NCBI GenBank assembly: GCA_035084275.1
Contig: CM068745.1
Coordinates: forward strand, 87,668,001 to 87,732,000
Length of the DNA: 64,000 nucleotides
Source: Hydrolagus colliei
Taxonomy: Eukaryota
Reading direction: 5' to 3'
Positions 62,271-64,000 of the stretch are shown here, piece by piece. The notes under the pieces were generated by a model. It ran no database searches. It saw only the letters and a program-made list of their open reading frames with translations, and had not been told where the DNA came from. A program made the translations under genes and the position numbers. The first letter of the stretch is position 1. Every line of letters starts with the position of its first letter.

Positions 62271-62291
62271 TCTATTGATATCAATTCACAG

Positions 62292-62395
62292 GGAAGAAGA
62301 GGTGCTGGATTGCGGATGAGAAGGAAGCCTACGTTGAAGCTGAGATCAGAGGAGTCGTGGGTGCGAAAGTCACCGTTGAAACGGCCAACGGGAAA
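62292..62395 (+). CDS. MYH15: Myosin heavy chain exon (GKKRCWIADEKEAYVEAEIRGVVGAKVTVETANGK), SH3-like domain
   Basis: cacag acceptor, aaa|gtgagg donor, 104 nt (phase 1 to 0). Confidence 0.9.
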
Positions 62396-62469
62396 GTGAG
62401 GAAACCCCACTTTGAATTATCCAACTCATTGAAAACTCTGCCGTCCGCACCAAACTTCACTCCCCCATT

Positions 62470-62935
62470 ACCCCAGTCCTTGACAGACTTCACTGGCTCC
62501 CTGTCCCGGAGAGGATCGATTTCAAGATCCTCACCCTTGTTTTCAAATGCCTACACTCCTCTGCACCCTCCCTACCTCTCCGACCTCCTCTCTCCTCAAA
62601 CCAACTCCCGTTTCCTTTGCTCCTCCAGGTCTGGTCTCCTCCTTGTCCCCCGACTCCTCTGCTTCAACTATTGGCGGCCGTGCCTTCAGCCACTATGCCC
62701 CGAGGCTCTGGAATTCCCTTCCTCACTCCCTTCGCCTCGCCCCCGCTCTCTTCCCAGTTTCAGGTCCCAGCTGAAGACCTTTCTCTTCGACCGCGCCTTT
62801 GGTCACCTTTCTCCTCCCTGCCGCTGGTTCGCCACCCCCCCCCCGGGATCCGTTATTGTGAAATGCTCTGTGATGCCGTTTGGCACGGAGGGCAGTATTT
62901 AAATCAAAGTCACTGTTGTTGTTGGTTTGCCTTCT
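62470..62935 (+). mobile_element. L2 LINE 3' end
   Basis: 'STIGGRAFSHYAPRLWNSLPHSLRLAP' and 'SFRSQLKTFLFDRAF' across a frameshift; L2 tail. Confidence 0.9.
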
Positions 62936-62975
62936 AAAATTTTCAATTCATTTAATTCCTGCTTGTGTTTCTTAG

Positions 62976-63119
62976 AGTCTGATTGTCAAAGAGAATGACA
63001 TTCAACAAATGAACCCTCCCAAATTTGACATGATCGAGGACATGGCTATGCTGACTCATCTCAATGAAGCGTCTGTCCTGGCCAATCTCCGCAAACGATA
63101 CTCCAACTGGATGATTTAC
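62976..63119 (+). CDS. MYH15: Myosin heavy chain exon ([48 protein letters not shown])
   Basis: tttcttag acceptor, tac|gtaaga donor, 144 nt; canonical class II myosin motif. Confidence 0.95.
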
Positions 63120-63181
63120 GTAAGATTTGACCTCAGGTCATATTAGAGATCGGGGATATTTGAACACACTCTAGTTTAGTG

Positions 63182-63434
63182 CAGTGGTTCTCAACCTTTT
63201 TCAGTAATGTACCCCCTGTCAATTTTCAACATTATCGTGTACCCCACCCCACCCAACTTGCGTTTTATCACCAAGCTTTTCTTATGTAACAAAATAACTG
63301 GCGACATACAAAACGAGGGGAATAACAATGAAATATACAATTTGGAAGGCTAAAAAATGCTAAATAAGAGAGCTAAATAAATCAATGCCACCTGTACCCT
63401 CTGGAGTACATGTACCCCTGGTTGAGAACCACTG
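63182..63434. mobile_element. hAT-Charlie-type MITE
   Basis: Perfect 15-bp TIR cagtggttctcaacc/ggttgagaaccactg and perfect 8-bp TSD gtttagtg (63174-63181; 63435-63442). Confidence 0.92.
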
Positions 63435-63690
63435 GTTTAGTGTATGCCTATGTTCATATCCTTCTGAAATAAAGTTAAAATGGAAAGTGTTACATAGACT
63501 TCAATAATTAATTTCACAAACGCATCGAGGTAGAAATGAGCCACTAAGTGAAATTGAAGCAATAATAAAATAGAAAACTATTATCCTTTGGCCTCCAATA
63601 GCCTGTTAAAAATTAAATTAAAAATCTAACCCAGTGCGTAAACCTACATAGTACATACCAACAACGAACTGTGGATTTGTTGCTTGCCAG

Positions 63691-63847
63691 ACCTATTCAG
63701 GATTGTTCTGCGTCGCTGTGAATCCATACAAGTTTCTTCCCGTCTACAAGACTAAGGTCATTGCTGCCTACAAAGGCAAGAGACGCACTGAGGTTCCTCC
63801 TCACATCTTCGCCATCGCTGACAATGCTTACAACGATATGCTGCGCA
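63691..63847 (+). CDS. MYH15: Myosin heavy chain exon ([19 protein letters not shown]...[25 protein letters not shown]); gene continues beyond the window
   Basis: ttgccag acceptor, a|gtaagt donor, 157 nt; canonical motor-domain motif. Confidence 0.95.
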
Positions 63848-64000
63848 GTAAGTCTTAATCATTTCTATCTGTGGAACTAAAGTTTACGGTCTACGCTGAC
63901 ACTCCAGGACAATGCCTGAGATGTGCTGTATTGTCCTCAGATTAAACTGAGGCCCCATCACTCCTGTTCGGATACAGATTAAACTAAACAACAAATTACA

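Noticed and set aside
62357-62937. ORFs of 181, 75 and 106 aa
   Set aside because: Read-through from a myosin exon into a frameshifted L2 3' fragment; not a gene.
1-64000. CRISPR arrays, rRNA, operons or other prokaryotic systems
   Set aside because: The sequence is spliced vertebrate DNA; the recurring repeats are dispersed SINE/LINE copies, not regularly spaced arrays.

Overview
Eukaryotic, intron-rich vertebrate DNA. The SINE/CR1/L2 repertoire and protein divergence suggest a cartilaginous fish, possibly a holocephalan such as elephant shark (inference). There are no rRNA, true tRNA, CRISPR or prokaryotic features, and most long ORFs in the supplied track are spurious. Left to right: (1) nine 3' coding exons of the HMG-box gene BBX (+, 4635-23146, 649 codons plus stop, all splice phases compatible), then about 11 kb with no copies of the dominant SINE that I could find, probably a very long 3'UTR. 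(2) Two divergently transcribed, non-rearranging Ig-superfamily receptor genes with leader-V(J)-C1-TM layout. Receptor A (-, 42558-36237) has an Arg in the TM helix and a very short tail. Receptor B (+, 48670-53898/54429) has an uncharged TM core and Tyr motifs. Both share a CD28/CTLA4-like 'IPPPVR' FG loop. (3) The promoter and first four coding exons of a sarcomeric myosin heavy chain of the MYH15/MYH7B type (+, from 60830), called MYH15 on BBX synteny. Introns and intergenic DNA are filled with a tRNA-derived SINE with an L2-like tail, older Deu-domain relics, CR1 and L2 fragments, and hAT and Tigger-like MITEs. The most interesting element is the head-to-head pair of CD28-like V + C1 receptors, which sits where human has CD47-IFT57-HHLA2.
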